Shown here one piece after another: positions 9,863 to 20,395 of a stretch of DNA of 64,000 nt; position 1 is the stretch's first letter, and the number at the start of each line of letters is the position of its first letter. The translations under genes and the position numbers were made by a program. The notes under the pieces are model-generated. The model saw only the letters and a program-made list of their open reading frames with translations. It made no database searches and was not told where the DNA came from. The stretch is taken from IMG/VR virus record IMGVR_UViG_3300049048_000052, positions 86,643 to 150,642 of that record; one strand, written 5' to 3'. The DNA is from a virus.

Positions 9863-9964
9863 GTTGGTTCGAATCCAACCCAGGCCGCTTGGGGGCGACC
9901 CTATATGGGTAGGTAGCTGTCACACTTCTACCCCTTTCTTGGCCTGGTAGACTAGAGGTTAGTC
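9863..9964 (+). other. second T-arm plus 3'-acceptor module with a downstream complementary 5'-acceptor plus D-arm segment
   Basis: GTTGG/TTCGAAT/CCAAC CCAGGCC G ... (53 nt) ... GGCCTGG TA GACT AGAGGTTA AGTC. Confidence 0.4.
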
Positions 9965-10092
9965 AGGTCTTTATTAGATTGATCCTAGACAACTGGAAAT
10001 GAGAATACTGAGATCACTGTTGATGGGGGATTACTAATGCAAGGCATACTGCATGGTAATCCCCTTCCTATTATTAATAAAGGAGAAAGAAG

Positions 10093-10392
10093 ATGGGCGC
10101 ACATAGTACGTTGGACATAAGTAAGTCCGATGCAATTAGTCAGGTTACAAGATGGTTAGAAGAGAAGAAGGATAGGATCGTAAGGGATCCTAATAGTCTA
10201 CTAACTAGGGCGCTCACTAAGTTTGAAGCCGAGAAGGCAAGGAAGTTCCTATTGGATGAGCCGTTAAATGAGGCTGAGTGGGAGGCACTCAAGGACTCCA
10301 TACCTACTCTAAGTAGAGAGGAATTAGAAGTATTACTAGATAGGTTGGAGGAGGACCTGTATAACTATAATGTCATCGAGTGGGAGCATTAG
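10093..10392 (+). CDS. hypothetical protein
   Basis: 99-aa ORF with AAAGGAGAAAGAAG Shine-Dalgarno. Confidence 0.45.
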   Translation: MGAHSTLDISKSDAISQVTRWLEEKKDRIVRDPNSLLTRALTKFEAEKARKFLLDEPLNEAEWEALKDSIPTLSREELEVLLDRLEEDLYNYNVIEWEH

Positions 10393-11355
10393 GATCAACA
10401 GGGAGGAAGCCTTTGCCATTCTATGGCAGGAGGTTGCTATGAAACGTGATGTAATTAGTAATGAGACCTTAGGTCAACTAGTTAGTGTTATTAAGGGGGA
10501 TGACTACGAAGTGGTAGATCCCCCATTGACTATAGATAAAGAGAGTAATGAATCTGATACGTAAAGTTGAGGCAGTTGGCCTCATTAAGACTTATTTGGA
10601 ATCCAACAAGAAGAATATAGTCCTAGATGATGGAGGGATGGCCCTCTCTAATCTTGATGGTATACCCATAAAAGATAACTGGGATAATACCTTCAGGGGT
10701 GTAGGTAGGTTAACTATCCCTGAGTTACAGGGGATACTCAATACAATAGATCCAACCTCAGGTTACAAAGTCATATGATCCCAGTAGAGATCGGGAGTCT
10801 ACCCCATTGACATAGAGGAGTAGGTATCTCACAGTTTAGGAATTTGTCATCCTAGACCTTGGGGAGTCTCTTAGTAGGTAATAGGTACCTGATTGCTTGC
10901 TATATAGTTGTCCTTAATAATGGCCATTATCTCTGGACAATCTTGGTATTCGGGGGAGTATATCTCCCCTATTTTAATAATAGGAAGTTAAGGAGTAGTC
11001 ATGAGTCATTTCCAACCGGTACGCACAAGAGTTACAGACATTGAAGCTCTCAAGAAGGCTATCGAGGCCTGTGGTATGCGCTACACTAGCAATGTCCACA
11101 TCACTAACTGCGCTGGTGCCCTAAGAGATAGACCCGCATTATTGGGGGTTCTCTGCCCTGACCTTATTAGTAAAGGTATGGACAGAGGCTGCCGTCTGGG
11201 TTTTGAGCAGGGTGCTGATGCTATCTTTGCTACTTACTATGTAAGTGATAGCGAAGATGCGAGTAATCAACTGGAGCAAATCCTCTCTCGCTATGCTGCT
11301 ATCGAAGTGCAGCAAAAGGCCCAAAGTAGGACAGGACTCAAGGGGGCTATCGTCA

Positions 11356-11994
11356 ATGTCTCAGTGCAACATTGATTGCCAGTATTACCTGGTAGCAAGA
11401 AAACCTCTGTGCACCTTCCATATCAAACCACCTCCTAGATTTGAGGAATGTAGTGCTTATATTAAGGATGATTCCGAACTCCTTAGTAGAGACTCTGCTA
11501 AGACTTACTGGGAGATGTATGGCAATGGCAGATCTCAGCTGCCTAAATGGTTGGGGGTGGGGAAACACCATGAAGTTCTTAATAGTACATTAACTATTAA
11601 GAGTGAAGGCAGAAACATTAGGCTCGTAGATATGACTATCACAGTCAAGAGCGGTACCAGCCCTAGTTATGTACTCACTAATGTCTTAAGGGGAATGATT
11701 AGTAGTTGGTCCCCTAACTACAAGATAAGCACTATGGGTATGGGTAGGTTCTATGTTATTAAGCTGTCTTTTGAGATTGCTAGACATAGGCTCTGGGAGA
11801 TCAGCCGTAAACCTAAGAAGGTAATACACAGGCCTAGTGATAGAAAGAGATATAGGATGTTAGATACTATCCTTGAGTACACCAACTTTATGGGTTATGG
11901 TAATGGTCCTATAACCCCTCCTAATGTCTTTAATCTAACGGTAGAGGAGATGAGTGTCTTCATGGATAAATATCTAAGACCTAATCAGCCTTAG
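11356..11994 (+). CDS. hypothetical protein
   Basis: Internal ATG (MSQCNID...) chosen to avoid a 130-nt overlap with ORF 11001..11375. Confidence 0.4.
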   Translation: MSQCNIDCQYYLVARKPLCTFHIKPPPRFEECSAYIKDDSELLSRDSAKTYWEMYGNGRSQLPKWLGVGKHHEVLNSTLTIKSEGRNIRLVDMTITVKSGTSPSYVLTNVLRGMISSWSPNYKISTMGMGRFYVIKLSFEIARHRLWEISRKPKKVIHRPSDRKRYRMLDTILEYTNFMGYGNGPITPPNVFNLTVEEMSVFMDKYLRPNQP

Positions 11995-12041
11995 TCATAT
12001 ATGGAGGGGTAATCGCCTCTCCATATATCACAAGGAGCTAT

Positions 12042-12830
12042 ATGGATCTGGCAGTCAGGATCAAGGAATTCTATGAGTATGCATACCGCACCTTCCTACC
12101 CAGGAGGATGCCAGTCATACTTAGAGTAGATGGTAAGGCATTCCACTCTTATACAAGGGGTATGAATAGACCCTTTGATGAGAGATTGGAAGAAGTAATG
12201 AACCTTGTAGCTATTAAGCTATGTAAGGAAATACAAGGTGCTCAGATAGCCTATGTGCAATCTGATGAGATCAGTATATTAATTCATGGTTATAAGAAGC
12301 TCAATAGTGAGTCATGGTTTGGTAATAATGTACAGAAGATGACCAGTGTTAGTGCTGGTATAGCTAGTGCATGGTTTACCTACCACTCATCTAGGTTAAC
12401 TACTGTATCTGAGGATATAGGTAATACCCAACAGTTTATAGAATCTAAGCTAAAGCCAGCAGTATTTGACTCTAGGGTATTCGTACTCCCTGAATCAGAG
12501 GTATGTAACTACTTCATATGGAGACAGCAGGATGCTACTCGCAATAGTATCTCTATGCTTGCCCAGTCTTTATACTCCCATAAGGAGTTAAATGGGGTTA
12601 CATGTAATCAGATGCAGGAGCTCTGTTTCCAGAAGGGTCATAACTGGAATGATCTACCTATCATTAGAAAGAGGGGTAGATGTATTCGTAAGTTTATTAG
12701 GTATACACCTGTAGCTGGAAGACCTGAGGGTAATACAGTTGCTAGATCCTATTGGGATGTAGACTATGAGACTCCTATCTTTACTGAGAATCGTAACTAT
12801 ATTGAAGATCTATTAAAGACATATGAGTAG
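12042..12830 (+). CDS. Thg1-like protein (tRNA-His guanylyltransferase family, 3'-5' nucleotidyltransferase)
   Basis: N-terminus PVILRVDGKAFHSYTR...AYVQSDEISIL reproduces the Thg1 RVDGxxFH and SDE catalytic signatures with the correct spacing. Confidence 0.7.
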   Translation: MDLAVRIKEFYEYAYRTFLPRRMPVILRVDGKAFHSYTRGMNRPFDERLEEVMNLVAIKLCKEIQGAQIAYVQSDEISILIHGYKKLNSESWFGNNVQKMTSVSAGIASAWFTYHSSRLTTVSEDIGNTQQFIESKLKPAVFDSRVFVLPESEVCNYFIWRQQDATRNSISMLAQSLYSHKELNGVTCNQMQELCFQKGHNWNDLPIIRKRGRCIRKFIRYTPVAGRPEGNTVARSYWDVDYETPIFTENRNYIEDLLKTYE

Positions 12831-13221
12831 TATTAAAGAGGAGAGGGCCAGAGAACTGGCCGGGTATATATCCAAAATACTGAGAGTAGTAGGGCAAGCA
12901 GATATCTCACCCTCTTCCTCTGTTTACCACTATAGAGGAGGGGATAAATATCCCTTTATCCTTAGAGCCTGCATGGGACCTGTTAGTTTTGAATATGAGA
13001 CTAATGGACTAATCAGGAAGAAGAATAGCTACATGATAGAGGTCCTATCTCTAGGTGTTAAACAATGTTGGTTTAGACTAAGGATGTTCCCTAAAGTTAA
13101 GGGTGGCTATCGGTATAGGGTAGATACCTTATTAGAGGGCCCCTGGATTGAACAGCTAATGGACCTAAATAAACAGGTGCTGATACTTCAGACTACTAAG
13201 GATCTAATGACTATTAAATAG
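12823..13221 (+). CDS. hypothetical protein
   Basis: 132-aa ORF overlapping the Thg1-like stop; terminator follows. Confidence 0.45.
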   Translation: MSSIKEERARELAGYISKILRVVGQADISPSSSVYHYRGGDKYPFILRACMGPVSFEYETNGLIRKKNSYMIEVLSLGVKQCWFRLRMFPKVKGGYRYRVDTLLEGPWIEQLMDLNKQVLILQTTKDLMTIK

Positions 13222-13238
13222 TCTAATAGAGAACTGTA

Positions 13239-13270
13239 GAGTAGGGTTGCAAACATCCTACTCATTTTCT
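13239..13270 (+). terminator. rho-independent terminator
   Basis: GAGTAGG GTTGCAAACAT CCTACTC then ATTTTCT. Confidence 0.6.
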
Positions 13271-14622
13271 GCTGTCTCTTAATAAGAGGTATATATGAAT
13301 GAGGATAAAATGTATGAGAAGTTATCTCGTGCTGTACTTTATCTTGACCGTGCGTTTAAGAATCACTACGCTATGCATGGTCAAGAGATGGAGTTGAGTG
13401 TAGCTATAGACTCAATAATAAATAGATTTGAACCTACTATAAATAGATTAGCCCTAAGGAATATAGATGAGTCATAAAGTATATGCCTGTTATGGACTCA
13501 CTAGAGACTGTATCGGTGAGTTTGAATCCATAGAGATAAGTATAGTAGATCCTACCTGTTGGATGAGTACTGAGGATGAAAGGGTACCTAAGTTCTATGG
13601 AACAGGATTACCTGTTACTACCTGGAAAGCCAACAATGGAACTCTAAGGCCTATCCTTACTGATGTGGATTACATAATGATCCATGTTAGTGAAGAAAGT
13701 TTAGGTGACTTTGAGTTAAGAGTAATACCTATAGAAATGTTCCTAGATATAAAGAAGGAATGTAAGGTAAAGAGTGCTAAAGGTGAGGGCGCCATAACGT
13801 TCAAGATGCGTACAGAAACAAACAGCTGATTGATTTAGGAGAGTAGAATGTATTGGAATAATAGGAACTACAAGATCGCAATGGTATTACTTGTGTACGC
13901 TCTAGGCTTTTCCGTAGTAGTAGTACCTCACTTCTTTATGACAGGAACCTTTGACCTAATTAGGTTTGTCAGATACACAATCCTTTATGCCCTTGGCGCA
14001 GTTTTAGGATGGTTATGGGAGAGCTCATGACAGTAACCCTTGTAATAATACTACTAGCCTCTGGAATTCTAGCCCTCTACTCCCTAGAGGCTAGGGCCAC
14101 TGCCATCGACGCTCAGGTCACCTATGATGCTATCGTAGCTAACAAAGAGCCCACGCTTATGCTCAATGAGATATCGGAGCTTACTGGTATGAGCATAAGA
14201 AGGACAGAGAAGGCAGTGGATCAGTTAGTGGAACATGGTTGGTTGAAGAGGAGTATCAATGCTCCATTCCATAAGGAGGACTACCATTACTTCTGTGGCG
14301 ACATTCTTTATTACTTACCTGGGAGGTAAAATGCAAGTTCAAGTATCCCTTTCTCTTCCTTTAATCATACCAATCCTCATAGCTGCCTTCTCTACAGGTA
14401 TCAGTGCTGGTGTGATCATAAGCTGTTGGTTCTTAGATTCTAAATTACCTAAGGGCCCTCTAAGCTGGATATTCTACTCTGGCTTATTTGCAGCAGGCTC
14501 ATTATCAAGCTTACTACTAATCCTTACCAGGTAGTACTATAACAGTAGGGATAAACAACCCTACTGTTATATCCACCAGAGTACCCTTGACATAGAGTTT
14601 AATATTTGATATCAATATGTAT

Positions 14623-14695
14623 AGGTAGCTGGTCCAATATAGGAACGGGCTGTCTCGATAAGAGGCTATGCTAGGTTCGAATCCTAGGCTGCCTA
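14623..14695 (+). tRNA. tRNA (anticodon unresolved)
   Basis: Acceptor AGGTAGC pairs with GCTGCCT (one G-U pair); T-arm CTAGG/TTCGAAT/CCTAG; 73 nt. Confidence 0.5.
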
Positions 14696-14714
14696 TTGGT
14701 AAATAGAATTAGTC

Positions 14715-15134
14715 ATGATAAATGTATTTAAGTATTCAGTTAAGGACAAGTCTTTAGTAAGAATAGGTAAGTTTGATAGTCTTAAGGTAAGGGATGTAAA
14801 GCAATCTCTTAGTCGTAGCAGCTATACAGAACTGAATCCACATATGGGAGATAGCCATGATAACTATGGTGCGGAGATACAGGACCTAATCTACTTCAAT
14901 TTGATATTGGGTGAATTATGGAACAACTATCTAGATAGAGAACATAGAGTTGTCATACAGCTTATACCAGGAGAATATGATTACTGTACAAGGGACCATT
15001 TGGATAGAGTATATTATCTAGAGGTAGGTAAGGGTCCCTTCCAAAGAAGGATGACAGATTGCATGAGCCTAAGGATAAGAGAGATTAAAGGACCTGCTAA
15101 AGGTCTACATACATCACTAGAGACAATCATATGA
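14715..15134 (+). CDS. hypothetical protein
   Basis: 139-aa ORF downstream of a tRNA. Confidence 0.45.
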   Translation: MINVFKYSVKDKSLVRIGKFDSLKVRDVKQSLSRSSYTELNPHMGDSHDNYGAEIQDLIYFNLILGELWNNYLDREHRVVIQLIPGEYDYCTRDHLDRVYYLEVGKGPFQRRMTDCMSLRIREIKGPAKGLHTSLETII

Positions 15135-15401
15135 ATACTGATAAAGATAAGGAACAAGAGCAAGAGGCCCAAGAGGAATCCATGGAGTCTGTCCTACAAA
15201 GGATAGAGGCTATTAAGGATGCTCAAGAGAAAGGTCTAGTTCAAGGTTAAAGATTAGGGAGTTAATGATAACTCCCTTATACATGCCGCTGGATATGGTC
15301 AGGGACCTGATCACCCCTTGAGGTTCGATTCCTCACAGTTGGCTTCAGGAGATAATATATATCTCCTATCTAAAGGGTATTAATGAGGGGGCCACCCGAC
15401 C

Positions 15402-15458
15402 CTAGGTTCGAATCCTAGTTACGCCATCCGGCTGCGTAATGGCTGAGTGGCTAAAAGC
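15402..15458 (+). other. third T-arm plus 3'-acceptor module followed by a complementary 5'-acceptor plus class II-like D-arm
   Basis: CTAGG/TTCGAAT/CCTAG TTACGCC A, TCCGGC, then TGCGTAA TG GCT GAGTGGCTAAA AGC. Confidence 0.4.
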
Positions 15459-15543
15459 AGGTAGTAGGAAAATCCTACTCATCGTCGGGAGCCTCCTCTT
15501 CAATACCCTTTCTTATTGATTGTCTTACCTAGTAGAGACAGTA

Positions 15544-15918
15544 ATGTTTGAAGATACAGAAGTAATAATCTCCGAGGATATCTCTACGCCTACCAAGTTG
15601 GTGAAGGCTATTGAGAGAGTAATGGAATTAGATAATGATAGACAGGGTTATGACCATCAATATAACTTAGAGCGCTTCAGCGGTCGGATAGTAGGTAACG
15701 CTGCCTGTCTAATCATCATCTCAAGATTGGCTAATGATGTTAGTGCTAGTATAGCCCTAGAGCATAGGGTGGCTGAGGTGCTGAGAATGGATTGGAATAG
15801 ACCCAAACACCTAGAGGTATATAGGAGTAAGGCTAACGAAGATATAGATCAACTGAGAATGAAGTTAATCGTCTATACCTTCAATAGCTGTGGTGAGCCC
15901 CTAATTGATCTAGGTTAA
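15544..15918 (+). CDS. hypothetical protein
   Basis: ATG at 15544 (MFEDTEV...) preferred over the TTG at 15520; TTATTGATTG motif about 22 nt upstream. Confidence 0.45.
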   Translation: MFEDTEVIISEDISTPTKLVKAIERVMELDNDRQGYDHQYNLERFSGRIVGNAACLIIISRLANDVSASIALEHRVAEVLRMDWNRPKHLEVYRSKANEDIDQLRMKLIVYTFNSCGEPLIDLG

Positions 15919-15954
15919 TCGCCCACTGATAAATATTAAGTAAATCTTAAGATA

Positions 15955-16161
15955 GTGGTTAACCTAAAGGAGGTGATTACTATTTTAAGATTAACGCTAG
16001 TTTGGACATTCATCCTATCTGGCTGTGCTGAGCCTCGTGTACTCACTGTATATGAGATGCAAGAAGGTACCTGCTATAGAGTAACTTATACGGTTAGATC
16101 TAGAAATGACTCAGTATTAACTGAGAGGGATCCAGTATCAAAGGAGATGTGTCGTGCGTAG
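15955..16161 (+). CDS. putative small lipoprotein
   Basis: Hydrophobic leader ending ILSGC (lipobox-like); a second small ORF (about 16153..16323) with LLGGC follows. Confidence 0.35.
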   Translation: MVNLKEVITILRLTLVWTFILSGCAEPRVLTVYEMQEGTCYRVTYTVRSRNDSVLTERDPVSKEMCRA

Positions 16162-16510
16162 AGCCCTGGTTATATCAGGTTGTTTAGGATTAACATTCCT
16201 CTTAGGGGGATGTGATAAGTATGAGTGGAGAAAGGTAGGTGACCGTACCCAATGTTATCGGATAGGTATCATTGGGGAACCCACAACCGCACCTCATCAG
16301 ATGTGTAGGGAGAAAGCAGGTAAATGACGTTCGGTGATTTACACAAAGGAGCTATCTTCCTCTATGCCAACCTCAAACTAAGAAAGGTAGCAGAAGATAA
16401 GGGCGAGGTCCTAGAAGACTGTAATGGCTTTGAGGCGGGACAGTCCTTACCTATAGGGACAGATGAGGAAGTAATGCCTCAGTATGATAGAGCCCTACGC
16501 CCATTCTAAC

Positions 16511-16547
16511 TATTGACTTCATTGATTTACCCTATTGATTGTTTACC
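16511..16547 (+). promoter_or_regulatory. three tandem copies of the ATTGA(C/T)T(T/G) upstream motif
   Basis: TATTGACTTCATTGATTTACCCTATTGATTGTTTACC. Confidence 0.4.
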
Positions 16548-16969
16548 TCATAGGATAAACACAGTGCGTAGATCAAAGAAACTAGCCAAGGCCCTCGCTA
16601 ATCGTCAAGCAGCATTCGATATCTATGCTGCATCGGCAGGTCAACGAGGTCCGGCTTGGAATGCATACCCAGGTGGATTCACCCGTCCGGGTTCAAATAA
16701 GAAGGGCTTCCGTTAATGAGGGATGTTCTGTTAACTATACTTAACATGCTGGTGGGTATAGGCCTATTTATCCTAGCTATCTGGGTATTAGGTCCTTTAA
16801 CTCATTAGTTATTTGTAGCTCATTTATAACCCCAAGGAGGGTAGAGCTATGACCCAGATCATCGATCCGTTTGCCAAGGCCTTCTTTATCATAATCGTAG
16901 GATTGATCGTATTAGTCATAAGGCTAATAGTGATGACATTCACGCACAGGCCTAGGTAGTCCTTAGAAA

Positions 16970-16997
16970 GGAGGAGGGTTAATCTCCTCCTTTTATT
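16970..16997 (+). terminator. rho-independent terminator
   Basis: GGAGGAG GGTTAAT CTCCTCC then TTTTATT, after a 37-codon membrane-peptide ORF (16849..16962). Confidence 0.65.
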
Positions 16998-17382
16998 ATG
17001 TTGCCCACTAGATTACAGATCCTAGATATGTTAATAACTACTAGGAAACATCCGGTTGTAATAAAGGTGAGGGGATATGGTATTGGCAATTAGAAGATTC
17101 CTGTTCCATAACAACGGGGTCGCTGCGGATAGCTACACAGAGGATCAATGTGTAGCTATGAGAAAAGAGCTAAATGATATAGGGGCCGGGTTGCCTATTA
17201 GTACATCAGATAAGGTGGTAGCAACTACCTACCGCAACCTGATGCAAGAGGAAGAGGATGAAGGGTACTGTTATCCTTCATCTAGAGATTACGAAGGTTA
17301 GATAAATAAGTATTGGGGATATCCCCAATACTCTTACTTGCCTGGTATGCACTAAGGTAGTGCGATTAGACCACATATGTTT

Positions 17383-17454
17383 GGGCTCATAGTTCAATGG
17401 ATAGAATGATTCCCTCCTAAGGATTAGATCTAGGTTCGATTCCTAGTGGGCCTG
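17383..17454 (+). tRNA. tRNA (anticodon CCU?, Arg)
   Basis: Acceptor GGGCTCA/TGGGCCT, D-arm GTTC/AATGGATA/GAAT, loop CTCCTAA, T-arm CTAGG/TTCGATT/CCTAG. Confidence 0.55.
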
Positions 17455-17525
17455 CTTTTTATATGGTGGTTTAGTTATAGTGGGTTCGATTCCCACACCA
17501 GGCGTTAGTTAATTAGGGATAATGT

Positions 17526-17933
17526 ATGATTGGTGGGTTAATAGGGACCCTAGTAGTCTATGCATTACTAGGTATTAGTATCATGGCCTTTGTGTCTGAC
17601 GAAGTGGGAATTGAGGAGGGTATCTTTGTAGCAAAGGTGTACTTCTCCCCATTCTTCCTTATCTTCTTACTTATAACAGAGCTAAGCCTATTAGCCTTTA
17701 GATTTACGAGGATGTCCCGCAGAATCAAGGCTAAGGCAAAATGTGATGCTACAAATAGGTTGGCTGGATTAGAAGGGCTGGATATTTCTCATCTTCTAAT
17801 AGAGATACCTGAGAACTGTAATCTGGAGTTTGTAGAGAATCCAGTACAGAGATTCCTGTGGTTCGAGACCTATAAGAGAGAATACAATAATACTCTCAGG
17901 GTTATGTCCGATGAGTCATGGTTAAATAGATAG
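17526..17933 (+). CDS. membrane protein (paralog A)
   Basis: Two N-terminal TM helices; C-terminal ...NPVQRFLWFETYKREYN shared with the next gene. Confidence 0.45.
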   Translation: MIGGLIGTLVVYALLGISIMAFVSDEVGIEEGIFVAKVYFSPFFLIFLLITELSLLAFRFTRMSRRIKAKAKCDATNRLAGLEGLDISHLLIEIPENCNLEFVENPVQRFLWFETYKREYNNTLRVMSDESWLNR

Positions 17934-17943
17934 TTGGGACAAT

Positions 17944-18396
17944 ATGTTTGAATTAATACTGACCCTTGTTATGCTGCAATGCTTTGCAGTACTTATATTC
18001 GCAGCCTTTGGTTGGATTTTAGGAGGGGCAGGAGGTGCTGCCTATGGTGTTGCCTCAAGTCTAATGCCTGCCGTATTTGTAATACATTTACCTAGTCTAT
18101 TGGCTAAAGAGATAGCCCTCATATGCTTCCAGGGAACAAGGGACTATGAGATGTTAGCTCATAGGGCGCAATTAGATATAGAGCAGGACCTAGAAGTAGT
18201 ACAGAAGAATCCTAGGGTGGGTAGGTTAGTAAATACTACCAGGGACTGTAAGATAGATTGGATAGAGGATCCCCTAACTAGATTTTTATGGTTAGAGTCC
18301 TACAAGAGAATCTATAATCCCCCTATGAAAAAGCTCTTAGATGAGATAGATAGGAAGAAGATTACAGACAGAAAAGTAGACTGGTTATCTAGGTAG
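17944..18396 (+). CDS. membrane protein (paralog B)
   Basis: TM N-terminus; C-terminal ...DPLTRFLWLESYKRIYN paralogous to 17526..17933. Confidence 0.45.
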   Translation: MFELILTLVMLQCFAVLIFAAFGWILGGAGGAAYGVASSLMPAVFVIHLPSLLAKEIALICFQGTRDYEMLAHRAQLDIEQDLEVVQKNPRVGRLVNTTRDCKIDWIEDPLTRFLWLESYKRIYNPPMKKLLDEIDRKKITDRKVDWLSR

Positions 18397-19317
18397 TTTA
18401 AAGGGCGCACCTAAAGACCGCTTAGGTTGATATGCTTTTGGAAAAGTTACGAGGTACGGTTATGGGACAAGAGAAGAGACCTAACATATTTGATGTGGCC
18501 AAGAGGGTTGAGGAGGAGGATCTAGTATCCTTTAGTGATCTAATAGAGGCAGTGGATGGTCCAGAGGCATTTACCCCTGAAGGCTACGAGGCTGTAGAAT
18601 CATTATTGGAGCGCAACCTCAGTGGTAAGGCCCCTCGTCATATAGCCTAACTAATATTATTGATTGCTTAGTCCGATAAAAGGTTTGTAATGGACATCAG
18701 CAACAACAGCTCCTTCAAAATATTCATCAGTGATGAAGATAAGTTCAAGAGCACATATCCTAAAGTAGGTATGGCATCCCAAGGACTTGTAGATATCTCT
18801 GAGCAGGATATGTCTACTTATGCATTTGTACATTGTGCGGTATATGAGGACGATCCTTATACGTTCGTAGTATTGTACTCAGGTATAGGGGACAACAATA
18901 ATAATATATTAATAGGTCTTACCTACTCTCCAGATGGGACTCTAACTGAGGCCGCAATGGAAGTAGTAATAGACTGGGAACTCTAAGGTTCCACTTATTG
19001 ATTGACCTCACTAATTAAAGGTTATGGAATTAAACCAGAAAGTCCTAGATCAAATGAGAAGCGATCTAGAGAGCTGTAAGCGGTGTGTAGAAATGCCATC
19101 AGCTTCACAGGTGCTGACCCTAATGAGTCATATGGAAGCACTCTTAGACTTTGCAGGACCTGCGTTAGAGTTGGTAGTCCATACAGGCTTAGGGCCGTTT
19201 ATGTTAAAGGTTCCTTATATACCTAAGACATATCCTATGCCTCATGGTAATAACTCGCATGTGACTGACCTACCTACTGGGTAAGATTGATTGCCTAGTA
19301 TCAGATAGGTTACGAGT

Positions 19318-20028
19318 ATGGCAGTATATGACGGTTGCACCATATTAAATCCTAAAGGGGAGTTTCTAACATGGTGCGCCTCCAAAAAAGCAAGATGGTA
19401 TCTCAATAAGGGTAGGGCTAAACTAGTAGACCAGGATAAGGATGGAAGGCTAACTATACAGTTAGAGTTTGAACCTAAGGGACCTGGTGTAATAGATAAC
19501 CCCTACTACAGAGAACCAAAAGAGAATAAGTGTGTAGTCTGTGGGACCACTGATGATTTAACAAGACATCATGTGGTCCCTCGTTGTTATAGGAAACATT
19601 TCCCTAATGATGTTAAGTCTTTTGCTTCTCATGATGTGTTGGCGGTATGTCATGAATGTCATGAGAAGTATGAGGCTAGTGCAGACCTATTCAAGGTAGA
19701 GCTATTAGCTGAGGTAGATATTAAAGAGGAGGATATCCTAAGGATTAATAGTCTGATAAAGGCGGCATCCTCCTATCTATCTACCAACATTAGGAGCCGT
19801 AAGGGTAGTGCTAACTTCAATAGATTAAAGGAGTACTTTGGCACCTCAAATTTCAATAGGTCAGATCTAGAGGAACTAGCTAACCTTAAGATAGATAAGC
19901 ATAGTTATGTTGTATCTAACATAGAGAGTGTTGAACACTTCTGTCAGAGGTGGAGGGAACACTTTGTTAAGTATGCTAAACCCCAGTACCTACCTAAGTA
20001 CTGGACTGTTGAGGGTACATGGTGCTAA
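19318..20028 (+). CDS. HNH endonuclease family protein
   Basis: CVVCG...TRHHVVPRC...CHECH arrangement (Cys pair, HH, distal CxxCH) typical of the HNH motif. Confidence 0.6.
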   Translation: MAVYDGCTILNPKGEFLTWCASKKARWYLNKGRAKLVDQDKDGRLTIQLEFEPKGPGVIDNPYYREPKENKCVVCGTTDDLTRHHVVPRCYRKHFPNDVKSFASHDVLAVCHECHEKYEASADLFKVELLAEVDIKEEDILRINSLIKAASSYLSTNIRSRKGSANFNRLKEYFGTSNFNRSDLEELANLKIDKHSYVVSNIESVEHFCQRWREHFVKYAKPQYLPKYWTVEGTWC

Positions 20029-20395
20029 CTATAAGAGACTCTATTTAAGAGTGTAGACTCATTCTCATATTATTAGATTAGGGGGAACTTATGTCTCATG
20101 GAGTCTTAGATAGAAGTTTCATTCTGCCATCAGGCAGAAGTGTGGGTCAGGTAGAGGATGAGGTAGTCCTAGGTTTAATGCATGAGGACTGCCCTATTAC
20201 ACATCAGCAGTGTGCTGATCCCTGCCTCTTTGGTATGCTCATGAGTATCGATCTAGGTGAGCTAATTGGTACTCTAATGCTTGCTGTTTTCTTTACCAGT
20301 GATTAGATATTCTTATCTAGTTAAATAAGATGGACTTTGATGGGCACTTTCACTAAGGAGGTGCCCATTATTGTTATCACTTGTTAATTTAATCT

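Noticed and set aside
9702-9964. Calling the inverted 3'-half/5'-half modules bona fide circularly permuted tRNA genes
   Set aside because: No complete anticodon arm could be reconstructed under the permuted model, and phages and bacteria lack the splicing endonuclease used for permuted tRNAs; reported as unexplained structure instead.
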